A stretch of DNA of 24,000 nt, taken from NCBI GenBank assembly GCA_046599375.1, contig JBKIWM010000002.1, positions 503,001 to 527,000 on the forward strand, in the 5' to 3' direction. Shown here piece by piece: positions 1-9,124 of this stretch. The notes beneath the pieces were generated by a model, which was given only the letters and a program-made list of their open reading frames with translations, was not told the origin of the DNA and did no database searches. Source of the stretch: Thermodesulfobacteriota bacterium B35. Lineage in GTDB: Bacteria > Desulfobacterota > Desulfobulbia > Desulfobulbales > Desulfobulbaceae. Made by a program: the position numbers and the translations under genes. Within the stretch, counting starts at the first letter, position 1; the number at the start of each line of letters is the position of its first letter.

Positions 1-52
1 GCAGTAACCCCTTTTCAAATATCAAGCAACTGCAAGAAACGGATGCAAGGCA

Positions 53-2527
53 ATGCAGAACAACGACAGGTACGATTTCAAAGCCATTGAGAAAAAATGG
101 CAGCAGCGGTGGGAAGAGGAAAAGCCCAACCGGGTGAGCGAAAAACCGGGCAGGAAGAAGTACTATGTCCTCGAGATGTTCCCCTACCCTTCCGGGCGTA
201 TCCACATGGGCCATGTCCGCAATTACTCCATCGGTGATGTCATTGCCCGCTACAAGCGGATGCGGGGATTCCATGTCATCCACCCCATGGGCTGGGACGC
301 CTTTGGCCTGCCTGCCGAGAACGCTGCCCTCAAACGGGGCATCCATCCCGCCACCTGGACCTATGACAACATCGCCTACATGCGGGACCAGCTCAAGGCC
401 ATGGGACTCAGCTATGACTGGGACCGGGAGATCGCCACCTGCAATCCTGGCTACTACCGCTGGGAGCAGCTTCTGTTCCTGCAGATGCTGAAAAAGGGCC
501 TGGCCTACCGCAAGGAGACCACGGTCAACTGGTGCGATGACTGCCAGACCGTGCTCGCCCGCGAGCAGGTGATTGATGGTGCCTGCTGGCGCTGTGACCA
601 GCCGGTGCAGCCCAGGACCATGCACGGCTGGTTCTTCCGGATCACCGACTATGCCGATGAACTCCTTGATGACCTGGATCAGCTCACCGGCTGGCCCGAA
701 AAGGTGGTCACCATGCAGCGCAACTGGATCGGCAAGAGCCAGGGACTGGCCTGCGATTTCCAGGTGGAGGACAGCGAGCGCAAGGTCACCATCTTCACCA
801 CCCGGCCCGACACCATCTTCGGCGTCACCTTCATGTCCCTGGCCGCCGAACACCCCCTGGTCAGGGAGCTTGTCCGTGGAACGGAACGGGAAGCAGAGGT
901 GGAGGAGTTCGTCCGCCAGACCATGGTGGAGAAACAGCGGGCCTCGGTGGAGGAGGAGCCGGAAAAAAAGGGCGTCTTTACCGGTGCCTGGTGCATCAAC
1001 CCCTTCAATGGCCAACGGGTGCCCATCTATGTGGCCAACTTTGTTCTCATGGAGTACGGCACCGGCGCGGTGATGGCGGTGCCGGCCCATGACCAGCGAG
1101 ATTTCGAGTTCGCCCGTCGCTACGGCCTGCCGGTCAGGCCCGTGGTGCAACCTCCGGAGGCCCCCCTGGACGGCGATACCATGGAGGCGGCCTGGGAAGG
1201 CCCCGGCGTGCTGACCGACTCGGGAACCTTCACCGGCATGGACTCCGAAGAGGCCAAAAAGGCCATCATCCGTCATGCCGAAGAACAGGGATTCGGCAGG
1301 GCGCAGACGACCTACCGGCTGCGGGACTGGGGCATCTCCAGGCAGCGCTACTGGGGCGCCCCCATTCCGGTCATTCACTGCCCGGCCTGCGGCATCGTTC
1401 CGGTGCCGGAAGAGGAGCTGCCCGTGGTGCTGCCCGGCACTGATTCGCCCGACGGCAGCCATGCGCCCCTCCACCGGCAGGAAGCATTCTACCGCACCAC
1501 CTGTCCCGCCTGCGGCGGCGAGGCCAGGCGGGAGACCGACACCATGGATACCTTTGTCGAGTCTTCCTGGTACTTTGCCCGCTACGCCAGTCCGCGGGAC
1601 GAAACAGCGCCCATCAACAGGGAGGCGGCCGCCTACTGGCTGCCCGTGGACCAGTACATCGGCGGAGTGGAACACGCCATCCTCCACCTCCTCTATTCCC
1701 GTTTTTTCACCAAGGTCCTGCGCGATCTCGGTTACCTGGAGATCGACGAGCCTTTCACCAACCTGCTCACCCAGGGCATGGTGATCAAGGACGGCGCCAA
1801 GATGTCCAAATCCAAGGGCAACGTGGTGGACCCCAGCGACCTGATCGAACAGTATGGCGCCGACACGGTGCGGCTTTTCTCCCTGTTCGCCGCTCCGCCC
1901 GAGCGTGACCTGGAATGGAATGCGGCCGGGGTCGACGGCGCCTCCCGCTTCCTGAACAGGGTCCATCGGCTGGTTATGGGCAACCTGGACTGTTTCCAGG
2001 CCGGGGACGTCAGCCCTGCCGACCTGGCTTCCACATCAAAGACGCTGCTTCGCAGGGTCCACCAGACCATTGCCCGGGTCACCGACTCCATTGAATCCAA
2101 CTTCCATTTCAATACCGCCATTTCCGGCATCATGGAGCTGGTCAACGAGGTCGGTACCGCCCTTGCCGGCAAGGAGGCCGTTGACCGGGCCGTTCTGCGC
2201 CAGGCCCTCGAAACCACCCTGCTGCTGCTCTTTCCCATGGTCCCCCACTTCTGCGAGGAGATGTGGGAGGTCAGCGGTCACCGGGAGCAGATCGCCACCG
2301 CATCCTGGCCGGTCCATGACCCGGACGCGGCCCGGGAAGAGGAGCTGACCATCGTGGTCCAGGTCAACGGCAAGGTGCGGGCCCGCCTGCAGGTTCCCGC
2401 GGATATCGATGACCGGAAGCTCGAGCAACTGGCCCTGGCCGACCAGCGGGTTCGCAAATTCACCGGCGGCAAGGCTGCAAAAAAAATCATTGTCGTAAAG
2501 GGGAAACTTGTTAATATTGTTGTCTGA
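53..2527 (+). CDS. leuS: leucyl-tRNA synthetase
   Basis: 824-aa ORF with the class I aaRS HIGH-type motif ([15 protein letters not shown]) and KMSKS motif ([10 protein letters not shown]). It is LeuS-like throughout and is followed by lptE, as in many proteobacteria. Confidence 0.97.
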   Translation: MQNNDRYDFKAIEKKWQQRWEEEKPNRVSEKPGRKKYYVLEMFPYPSGRIHMGHVRNYSIGDVIARYKRMRGFHVIHPMGWDAFGLPAENAALKRGIHPATWTYDNIAYMRDQLKAMGLSYDWDREIATCNPGYYRWEQLLFLQMLKKGLAYRKETTVNWCDDCQTVLAREQVIDGACWRCDQPVQPRTMHGWFFRITDYADELLDDLDQLTGWPEKVVTMQRNWIGKSQGLACDFQVEDSERKVTIFTTRPDTIFGVTFMSLAAEHPLVRELVRGTEREAEVEEFVRQTMVEKQRASVEEEPEKKGVFTGAWCINPFNGQRVPIYVANFVLMEYGTGAVMAVPAHDQRDFEFARRYGLPVRPVVQPPEAPLDGDTMEAAWEGPGVLTDSGTFTGMDSEEAKKAIIRHAEEQGFGRAQTTYRLRDWGISRQRYWGAPIPVIHCPACGIVPVPEEELPVVLPGTDSPDGSHAPLHRQEAFYRTTCPACGGEARRETDTMDTFVESSWYFARYASPRDETAPINREAAAYWLPVDQYIGGVEHAILHLLYSRFFTKVLRDLGYLEIDEPFTNLLTQGMVIKDGAKMSKSKGNVVDPSDLIEQYGADTVRLFSLFAAPPERDLEWNAAGVDGASRFLNRVHRLVMGNLDCFQAGDVSPADLASTSKTLLRRVHQTIARVTDSIESNFHFNTAISGIMELVNEVGTALAGKEAVDRAVLRQALETTLLLLFPMVPHFCEEMWEVSGHREQIATASWPVHDPDAAREEELTIVVQVNGKVRARLQVPADIDDRKLEQLALADQRVRKFTGGKAAKKIIVVKGKLVNIVV

Positions 2528-2563
2528 TGGCGAGACCGCCATGCCCTGGAGACAAACAACACT

Positions 2564-2598
2564 CCTGCCCCCTGTCTCCTGTCCTCTGACTTTCTGAC
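2564..2598 (+). repeat. CCTGNNN heptamer array 1 (CCTGCCC CCTGTCT CCTGTCC TCTGACT ..) in the leuS-lptE spacer
   Basis: Read directly from the sequence. The 18-mer CCTGCCCCCTGTCTCCTG at 2564-2581 is identical to 12891-12908. The array ends about 3 nt before the lptE Shine-Dalgarno AAGGAG (2601-2606). Confidence 0.7.
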
Positions 2599-2613
2599 AA
2601 AAGGAGCGTTTCG

Positions 2614-3147
2614 GTGAGAATACTTCCTGTCCGGCTGATCATTCTTCTCTGCCTGGTCGTCCTGCTCGGCGGCTGCGGATACTACTTTCCCCAGGTCTAT
2701 GACGGCCCGACGCGCTACGTTTACATGCCGACCTGGAAGAACAGGACCAACGAACTGGGGCTCGATGCCAGAATCTACCAGTCGCTGGCACGCTGGTTCC
2801 AGAAGTCGGACGCCATCAGGATCACCAAGGACAAAAAGAATGCAGACCTGATCCTGGCCGGGGAGATTCTCTATATCGACCTGCCCAGCGTCTCCTGGAA
2901 CGGTGATGCCCGCAGTACCAGTGTCAAGGTCAAGCTCGGGGTGCGTTACGTGCTCAAAGACCTGAAAAAAGACAAGATCCTCTGGGAGGTTCCCGATGAG
3001 CTCTGGACCGAGGACTACTCGATCCATGACATCGGCACCAATGCCGAAACCAAGGCGCTGGCCCAGATCGTGGACGACCTGTCGGAGCGGATCTACCTGG
3101 GAACACTGGATAAACTGAGAGAGCAGAACAAGCGGGCCACCAAATAG
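2614..3147 (+). CDS. lptE: LPS-assembly lipoprotein LptE-like
   Basis: 177-aa ORF with a GTG start 7 nt after AAGGAG. It has a lipoprotein signal with lipobox LLGGC and the typical size. Its position immediately downstream of leuS matches conserved leuS-lptE synteny. Confidence 0.7.
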   Translation: MRILPVRLIILLCLVVLLGGCGYYFPQVYDGPTRYVYMPTWKNRTNELGLDARIYQSLARWFQKSDAIRITKDKKNADLILAGEILYIDLPSVSWNGDARSTSVKVKLGVRYVLKDLKKDKILWEVPDELWTEDYSIHDIGTNAETKALAQIVDDLSERIYLGTLDKLREQNKRATK

Positions 3148-3191
3148 CACCCAAGCCGGTCGGTAGCGCCGCACCGGAGTTTCCATGAACG

Positions 3192-3229
3192 AAAAAGGGC
3201 GTTGAGACAGATCTCAACGCCCTTTTTTT
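3192..3229. terminator. bidirectional Rho-independent terminator between lptE (+) and transketolase (-)
   Basis: An 11-bp perfect stem GGGCGTTGAGA / TCTCAACGCCC (3197-3207 / 3212-3222) with a 4-nt loop. It is flanked by an A-run (3192-3196) and a T-run (3223-3229), so a U-tract follows the hairpin on both strands. Confidence 0.85.
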
Positions 3230-3253
3230 GTCCCTGCGGCGGAACAGGACCGT

Positions 3254-5191
3254 TCAGGCAAGCAGCTCCTTCATGGCAGCGGCGATGGAGGCCGCATCCA
3301 GGCCCTGGGCCCGGTAGAGCTCGGCCGGCTTGCCGGAACTGCCGTACCGGCTGACCCCGAGCCGCCGCAGCCTGGCCGCCACGCCGCGATCCATGAGCGC
3401 AGCCGCGGCACTAGCGCCGAGACCGGTCTCCACATGGTGATCCTCCACCGTGAGGAGGGGGCCTTTTGCCGCCGCTTCAACCAGGCTTTCCGTGTCCAGG
3501 GGGATGAGGGAGGCCATGTTGAGCACGCCCACCCGGATGTCCTGCCGGCGCAGCAGGGCCCAGGCCTCGATGCAGGCAGGGGTCAGGGCGCCATAGGTGA
3601 CGATGGTACCGGCATCCCCCCGGCGCAGCCAGTCGGCCCGGCCAGGCTCGAAACGGTAGTCGGTGTCATAGAAGACATTGCCGTCCTCGGTGGTGATCAC
3701 CGGGGTCTTGGAGCGCCCCATACCGACGAAGTGGTTGCCGGGCCGGGTGGCGACGAAACGGACAATACGGTCGGTCTGGTTGGGGTCTGCGGGCATGAAG
3801 ACCGAAAAACGGAACAGGTTCCTGAGCAGGCCCAGGTAGTCGATGCACTGGTGGGTCGGCCCGTCCTCGCCCACATCCAGGCCCACGTGGGTTGCCACGA
3901 TCTTGAGATTGGTATGGTTGAAGTCGCTGAGCCGGTTCTGATTGTAGACCTCGGAGACAGCGAAGACGCCAAAGGTCGAGAAGAAGCTCACCAGCCCTTC
4001 CCTGCTCATGGCGCCGCCCATGCCGGCGGCGTGGTGTTCCTGGATGCCGGCCTCGAAATAGGCATCCGGCGAGTGCTTGTGAAAGCCGCCCATCTTGACC
4101 GAGCCTTCCAGGTCACAGGAGATACCGACGATCAGCGGCGCCTTTCCCCCGACATTGTTGGCCTCGGCCAGACCGAGGAGGGCATTGCCGTAGGCGGAGC
4201 GGTTGTCGGTCATGGTGTCGGCGTCATACAGGATTGGGTCGCCGGGCGCCACCTCGGGATAATTGCTCTGCGGGGCAACGATGGTGCTGGTACGTACCGG
4301 CTCCTTTCTTTTCTCCACCCAGCTTTCGTACTCATTGTCCACGCCCAGTTCGGCCAGGGCCTCGGCCAACTGGTCCGGCTTGAGCGGTGAGCCGTGGTAT
4401 TTTGCCTGGTTCTCCATGAAGGAGATGCCCTTGCCCATGACGGTCCTGGCGATGATCACCGTGGGGACGCCGGAGGTGTTCCGGTAGGCTGCGGCCAGGG
4501 CACGGAAGATGGCGTTATGGTCATGCCCGTCCTCCAGGCGGACCACGTTCCATCCCAGGGCCTCGTAAAGGCGGCCAATGGGCTGGGGCATGACCTTTTC
4601 GGTGTCGCCGCAGATCTGCAGATGGTTGCGGTCCACCAGGACGGTCAGGTTATCCAGCCTGTACTTGTGACCATAGCGGATGGCCTCGGTGATCTGCCCC
4701 TTCTGGTGTTCGCCGTCTCCCATGAGCGTGATCACCCGGGCATCGCTTCCCTTGACCTTGAAGGCCTGGGCCATGCCCACGGCAACGGAAAGGCCCTGCC
4801 CCAGGTTGCCGGTATCCCACTCGACCCCCGGCACGATGGACTCCACATGCCCCGGAAAACCGGATCCGGTGCGCCTGAAGCCGGCGAGGAAATCCTCTTC
4901 ACTGAAATAGCCATATTCGGCGAGCACGGAATAGACACCCGGAGAGATATGTCCTATACTCTCCACCACCCGGTCACGATCCTCCATGTGGGGGTTGGCC
5001 GGGTCATGCCTGATCATGCCGTAGGTGACGAGCAGCATGTCGAGAGAGGACAGCGACCCGCCCGGATGGCCGGATGCCGCCAGGGTGGTCGACAGCAGGA
5101 TCCGCCGCGCGCACCGGCGGCGCATCTCCTGCAGGGTGGAGAGCTCTCCGCTGTTCAGTTCTTCCGCGTTGATATCTAGTTTGAACGTCAT
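3254..5191 (-). CDS. tkt: transketolase-family TPP enzyme (N-terminal TPP-binding and C-terminal pyrimidine-binding halves fused)
   Basis: 645-aa ORF with the TPP GDG motif (LMGDGEHQKGQ) and a transketolase-like N-terminus (GHPGGSLSS). GGAG lies 9 nt upstream of the ATG. Confidence 0.85.
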   Translation of the reverse strand: MTFKLDINAEELNSGELSTLQEMRRRCARRILLSTTLAASGHPGGSLSSLDMLLVTYGMIRHDPANPHMEDRDRVVESIGHISPGVYSVLAEYGYFSEEDFLAGFRRTGSGFPGHVESIVPGVEWDTGNLGQGLSVAVGMAQAFKVKGSDARVITLMGDGEHQKGQITEAIRYGHKYRLDNLTVLVDRNHLQICGDTEKVMPQPIGRLYEALGWNVVRLEDGHDHNAIFRALAAAYRNTSGVPTVIIARTVMGKGISFMENQAKYHGSPLKPDQLAEALAELGVDNEYESWVEKRKEPVRTSTIVAPQSNYPEVAPGDPILYDADTMTDNRSAYGNALLGLAEANNVGGKAPLIVGISCDLEGSVKMGGFHKHSPDAYFEAGIQEHHAAGMGGAMSREGLVSFFSTFGVFAVSEVYNQNRLSDFNHTNLKIVATHVGLDVGEDGPTHQCIDYLGLLRNLFRFSVFMPADPNQTDRIVRFVATRPGNHFVGMGRSKTPVITTEDGNVFYDTDYRFEPGRADWLRRGDAGTIVTYGALTPACIEAWALLRRQDIRVGVLNMASLIPLDTESLVEAAAKGPLLTVEDHHVETGLGASAAAALMDRGVAARLRRLGVSRYGSSGKPAELYRAQGLDAASIAAAMKELLA

Positions 5192-5279
5192 TTGTCTACT
5201 CCGTTTTTCAGAAGCCGGAAGGCCGGAAATCAGATAACAGTTCCGCAGTGGTCTGCCGCCGCAGCCTGTGCTGCGTTAT

Positions 5280-5437
5280 GTATTAGTTCACCGCGATGAG
5301 CAACTACCTGAAAAAGAGCGATACTTTTGGTAAAAGTTCAGCAGTGCGTCAGCTGTGCGTGATCGCGGCTGGCCGCTATAGTCCGCGCTATGCGGCCAGC
5401 CGCGAGCGCGTGCAGATGGCGTGCTGCTGAATTTTTA
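5280..5437 (+). mobile_element. MITE-like non-coding insertion: 27-nt box A plus a long hairpin, flanked by the 9-bp direct repeat CTGCGTTAT
   Basis: CTGCGTTAT occurs at 5271-5279 and 5438-5446. The element ends form an imperfect inverted repeat: GTATTAGTTCACC.. at the left, and the reverse complement of the right end reads GTAAAAATTCAGC. There is no ORF inside. Confidence 0.45.
5286..5312 (+). repeat. 27-nt box, copy A (GTTCACCGCGATGAGCAACTACCTGAA)
   Basis: Identical to copy C at 24 of 27 positions. Lies in the tkt/dus divergent spacer. Confidence 0.8.
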
Positions 5438-5440
5438 CTG
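5328..5440 (+). repeat. 113-nt hairpin (49 stacked positions) with conserved apex GGCCGC-TATAGTCCGCGCTAT-GCGGCC; possibly a structured RNA on the + strand
   Basis: Pairing position i with 10768-i gives 38 Watson-Crick pairs, 9 G:U pairs and 2 purine-purine mismatches. All 9 transition mismatches are G:U on the + strand, so they would be A:C on the - strand. Confidence 0.6.
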
Positions 5441-5515
5441 CGTTATAATACACTGATGCAGAATGACAACAGGAAAAATCACCACCGTCCCTCATGGGCA
5501 ACATCAGCGAGAACG

Positions 5516-6457
5516 ATGAAAATAGGACAGGTTACAGTGGATGGCACCCTGTTACTGGCTCCCCTGGCCGGATACACGGACCTCCCCTTCCGGCTCCTCT
5601 GCCGCGAACATGGGGCTGCGCTCTGCTTTTCGGAGATGGTCAGTTGCCATGGCCTCTGCTTTGGCCAGGGCAAGACCCTGGAGCTGCTGCGCAGCCATGA
5701 ACGGGACCATCCCCTGGCGGTCCAGCTTTTCGGAAGTGATATCGAGGTGATGGGGAGGGCAGCGGGCCTGGTGGATCCCGATGCCGCGGCGTTGATTGAC
5801 ATCAACATGGGCTGCCCGGTGCGCAAGGTGGTGCGCAAGGGGGCCGGCGCCGCTCTGATGAAGAACCCGGAGCGGGCGCGGGCCATCATCAGGGTCGTGT
5901 GTGACAACACCAGCCTGCCGGTGACGGTCAAGATCCGCAGCGGCTGGTCCGGCGAGACCATCACGGCGCCGGAGTTCGCGCAGATGGCGGAGGAGGCTGG
6001 TGCCGCCGCGGTGACGGTACATGCGCGCACCTGGGCCCAGGGATTTGGCGGCCGGGCGGACTGGGATGTCATTGCCAGGGTGCGGCAGGCGGTCACCATC
6101 CCGGTTGTCGGCAACGGCGATGTCCTCTGCCAGGAGGATGGTGAGCGGATGATGGCGGCAACCGGTTGTGACGCTGTCATGATCGGCCGCGGTGCCCTGG
6201 GAAATCCCTGGGCGTTTTGTCGGGCCGGCCGGCCGGAAACCCTGGCCGGCCGGCTGCCCGCCCTGCGCCGCCACCTGGAGCTGGCCCGGCGCCACCTGCC
6301 CGGGCGGCAGGCGCCCTTCAGGATGAAGAACCACGCCGTCCGTTACCTGACCGGCCTGCCCTCTGCCGGCACTATCCGGCAGAGGATCATGGCCTGCGCC
6401 ACACTGGAGGAACTCGACGAGCTTGTGCAGGCTCTGGAGACAGGCTCGATTGTGTAA
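5516..6457 (+). CDS. dus: tRNA-dihydrouridine synthase (DusB-like)
   Basis: Dus-family sequence (LAPLAGYTDLPFRLLCREHG, INMGCPVRKV, TVHARTWAQGF). The start is set at ATG 5516 because the longer track ORF (5390) would read through the 5328-5440 hairpin repeat. Confidence 0.9.
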   Translation: MKIGQVTVDGTLLLAPLAGYTDLPFRLLCREHGAALCFSEMVSCHGLCFGQGKTLELLRSHERDHPLAVQLFGSDIEVMGRAAGLVDPDAAALIDINMGCPVRKVVRKGAGAALMKNPERARAIIRVVCDNTSLPVTVKIRSGWSGETITAPEFAQMAEEAGAAAVTVHARTWAQGFGGRADWDVIARVRQAVTIPVVGNGDVLCQEDGERMMAATGCDAVMIGRGALGNPWAFCRAGRPETLAGRLPALRRHLELARRHLPGRQAPFRMKNHAVRYLTGLPSAGTIRQRIMACATLEELDELVQALETGSIV

Positions 6458-6459
6458 TT

Positions 6460-6496
6460 GTTCACCGCTGACGGCAACTACGGCCTGCTGCTGAAC
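6460..6496 (+). repeat. 27-nt box, copy B, as a mini-palindrome (GTTCACCGCTGACGGCAACTACGGCCTGCTGCTGAAC)
   Basis: Starts 3 nt after the dus stop codon. The left end GTTCACCGC and right end GCTGCTGAAC form an imperfect inverted repeat. The right end resembles the base of the 5328-5440 hairpin. Confidence 0.65.
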
Positions 6497-6524
6497 CGGT
6501 GCAGCGTCCCGCTGTCGCCGCACA

Positions 6525-8122
6525 TCAGAGCTGGAGGAGCAGCAGGTTGATCAGGCCGATCAGGAACCCCAGGAGGGCACCGAACAGATTGATGTAGCGG
6601 AACTGTTCTTCCATGATGGAGAGCAGGAGCCGCTCAAGCTGGAGCAGGTCGAGAGAATTGACCTTGTCGGCGACCACCTGCCGGATATTGAGGGATTCCA
6701 CCAGGCCGGGCACCTCCTTGAGCAGCATCCGGTTGGCGGTGAGAACGATGTAATCGGTGATGCCCGTGCGGATTCCCGCCGGCATGAGCCGGTGGAGCAC
6801 GCCCACCGGACGGTTGACCAGGGAGTCCACCATGGTATTGACCATCCGGTCCAGGAGACGGACCACCTTGCGGGAGCGGATCAGGGCCACAGCCTCGCTG
6901 GTGATGAAGTCGTGGAGCCGGTGGCCGTCCCGGCCGGGAAAGAGTTGCGCGGCAATGTCGGCCAGCTCCCGTTCCCCGTGGTCGAGCATCTCCTCCATGC
7001 TGTTGCGGATCATGGTGGAAAGGGTCTCGGCAACACCCCGGGAGCGCAGGACGCCGAGGATCTGTATCGCCGCCTGCCGGCAGATCATCCGGTACTGGTC
7101 GTCGTCCACCCTGGCCCGGAACCGGGCCAGGGGTGTATGGAGGAAGCGCTCGGCCTGTTCGACCAGGACCACGGCCAGCCGTTCCTGGAGCTCGGGTTCC
7201 TGCAGCCAGCCGATGATCTCGTCTTCCTTGTCGAGCAGATAGTCACGGATCCTGGCCTCCATGGTCTCCATATCCAGAAAACCGCGGGCCATGGCCCCCA
7301 CCGGACCGAGGCTGTCCAGAAAATGATTGACCCCGTCCCGGACCGCGTGGATGATCCGTTCCCGCACCGCCGGCTCGGAGAGCATGGCCGAGAGCTTTTT
7401 CAGGATGCGCGGCGACTGCTGCTCGATGGAGGCGATGATGAACTCGATGAAGGGTTCCGGCAGATGATCGGCCAGGGTACGGCCCTCCTGCGCCGCCTGA
7501 TCGAAACGTCTGGCCAGATAGGCGGTGAGCCATTTTTCGGCACCCGGACCATGGAGCAGATCCATGATCAGCCGGTCGATGAAGCTGTAGACCTCCTGCC
7601 GGTCCTCCACAGAGACCAAATCGTTGAGCCGGTGATGGCCCATGCTCCCGAGCTGGTCCGTGACCAGGGCCGATACGGCCTGCTCAAAGTCTCTGCTGGC
7701 AATATAGCGATGCACCCCTTCCCGCAGCCGGTACTTGACCGTCCGTACCCCGATCTTGAAATAGGCCTGGAAACGACGCGGCAGCATGGTGATCACCGGG
7801 CCGTAGTCCCGGCTCAGGATCTCCCGCACCCGGGTATCGACGATCCCGTGGAGGTGTTCCTGGAATGGCTCCTCGGACAGGGCCGCGCCGATATCCCGGG
7901 AAGTCAGGAGGTGGCTGCCCACCATCTCGCCGATGTTCTCTGCCAGCAGCGCGCGCCTGGACGGGATGACCCCGGGGTCATGGGAACACGGACACCGAAG
8001 ACGTGCCACGGCCTGAGCGGCCGGAAGAGCATGCGGATGGCGATCTTGTTGGTCAGGTAGCCGATAAAGGCGCCGATGACCGGCGGACCGCCGTAGGCGA
8101 GGAGTGTGCTGACTGGGATCAT
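6525..8122 (-). pseudogene. DUF445-family membrane protein gene interrupted by a 1-nt frameshift in a C4G4 run
   Basis: The N-terminal 51 aa ([41 protein letters not shown]) are in the frame of the 7904-8122 ORF. The rest ([18 protein letters not shown] ... INLFGALLGFLIGLINLLL) is in the frame of the 6525-8189 ORF. The two frames join at TGACCCCGGGGTCA (7967-7980), where one extra nucleotide would restore ..[10 protein letters not shown].. Confidence 0.75.
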
Positions 8123-8201
8123 TGTGGTCGGACAAAGCGATGGTTAGCCATCCCGTGAGGGGGTACGTTCCAGCGGCAAGTACCTGCAACCAGCGGCACT
8201 C

Positions 8202-8876
8202 TTACCAGGCGGTTGCGCCGCCGGCCCGGACCAGTTGCAGAACATCTTCCGGCCTGTCGGCCACGACGCGGGCACCGCTGCGTTCAAGCTCCTCCCTGTC
8301 CCTGAAACCCCACAGGGCGCCGACGGCAAACATCCCGGCCCGGACCGCGGTCTCTATGTCGGTGGCCGTATCGCCCAGGTAGAGGATTTCCGCCGGCGGG
8401 AACCCGAGGATGGCTGCGATCTCGAGGGCCGCGGCAGGATCGGGTTTGCCCGGAACCCCGGGCCGCTGGCCGAAGACTGGTTCGAACGGGTAACCGGGCA
8501 GCAAATCGCGTACGCAGGCCAGGGTGAATTCATGGGGTTTGTTGGACAGAATGGACAGGCGCAGACCTGCCCCGGCCAGGCCCTCGAGCATGGCCGCAAT
8601 GCCGTCATACATCCCGGACCGGTTCTTCCAGTTACGGCCATAATCGTCGCGAAAGGCCTCCACGGCACGGGCCACCGTGACCTGATCACGGCTCTGCGAC
8701 GGCAGGATCCGCTCGATCAGCCGCACCAGGCCCTCGCCGACAAAGTATCGGTAGCTGTCCCGCGGATGTTCCGGCAGCCCCAGGGAGCGAAGGACCCGAT
8801 TGCCCGAGTCTGCCAGGTCGTCCAGGGTGTCGAGCAGGGTTCCGTCGAGGTCGAATATGGCGGCCTGAAAATGCAT
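8202..8876 (-). CDS. HAD-superfamily hydrolase (phosphoglycolate phosphatase-like)
   Basis: HAD motif I FDLDGTLLDT right after the start MHFQAAIFDLDG. Motif IV-like YLGDTATD. The start is set at ATG 8876 rather than 8954. Confidence 0.85.
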   Translation of the reverse strand: MHFQAAIFDLDGTLLDTLDDLADSGNRVLRSLGLPEHPRDSYRYFVGEGLVRLIERILPSQSRDQVTVARAVEAFRDDYGRNWKNRSGMYDGIAAMLEGLAGAGLRLSILSNKPHEFTLACVRDLLPGYPFEPVFGQRPGVPGKPDPAAALEIAAILGFPPAEILYLGDTATDIETAVRAGMFAVGALWGFRDREELERSGARVVADRPEDVLQLVRAGGATAW

Positions 8877-9124
8877 GGACGCTCCCGGTGATGTGTCAAA
8901 TTCGAAGGTTGGCGGTAAAAGATCACGACAGGTGGCACAAAAGGTAAGGCACAAGGCGACACTCGTCCAGTGAAAACATGGCTTACACGGAAAAAAGAGC
9001 TCTGAGAGGAGCAGAATTTCCCTTATTTGCCTTCAGGTCACCGTTTGACTTGGAGACAGGCTGTTTTTGATATATATTTCCCTGGTTCCTCAACCTTCAT
9101 TCATCACATCCGGGATAGTGCATC

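Noticed and set aside
5390-5515. N-terminal 42-codon extension of the dus ORF
   Set aside because: It would be translated from the right arm of the 5328-5440 hairpin repeat. The Dus homology begins right after Met43 (ATG 5516).
6792-8060. 422-aa plus-strand ORF opposite the DUF445 gene, and similar long antisense ORFs at 2278-3186(-), 3434-4390(+), 4394-5179(+), 5552-6523(-), 9104-9970(-), 10265-11230(-), 11560-12651(-) and 13151-14089(-)
   Set aside because: Each lies fully inside and antisense to a gene with clear family motifs. Their translations are low-complexity and rich in Arg, Gly, Pro, Ala, Asp and His, as is typical of shadow ORFs in GC-rich DNA. None has recognisable motifs or an RBS.
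8123-8189. Start of the 554-aa ORF at 8189 (and the 7904-8122 ORF as a separate small gene)
   Set aside because: The first ~70 residues of the 554-aa ORF have no DUF445 similarity, whereas the 72-aa ORF carries the true family N-terminus. The pair is best explained as one frameshifted gene.
9045-9074. Sigma70 promoter TTGACT-18 nt-GATATA upstream of the cooC-like gene, and a possible degenerate box (GTCACCGTTTGAC..GGAGACAGG, 9036-9060)
   Set aside because: The -35 is good, but every candidate -10 element has suboptimal spacing or sequence. The box similarity is limited to short strings (GTCACCGTT, GGAGACAGG) that could match by chance at this length.
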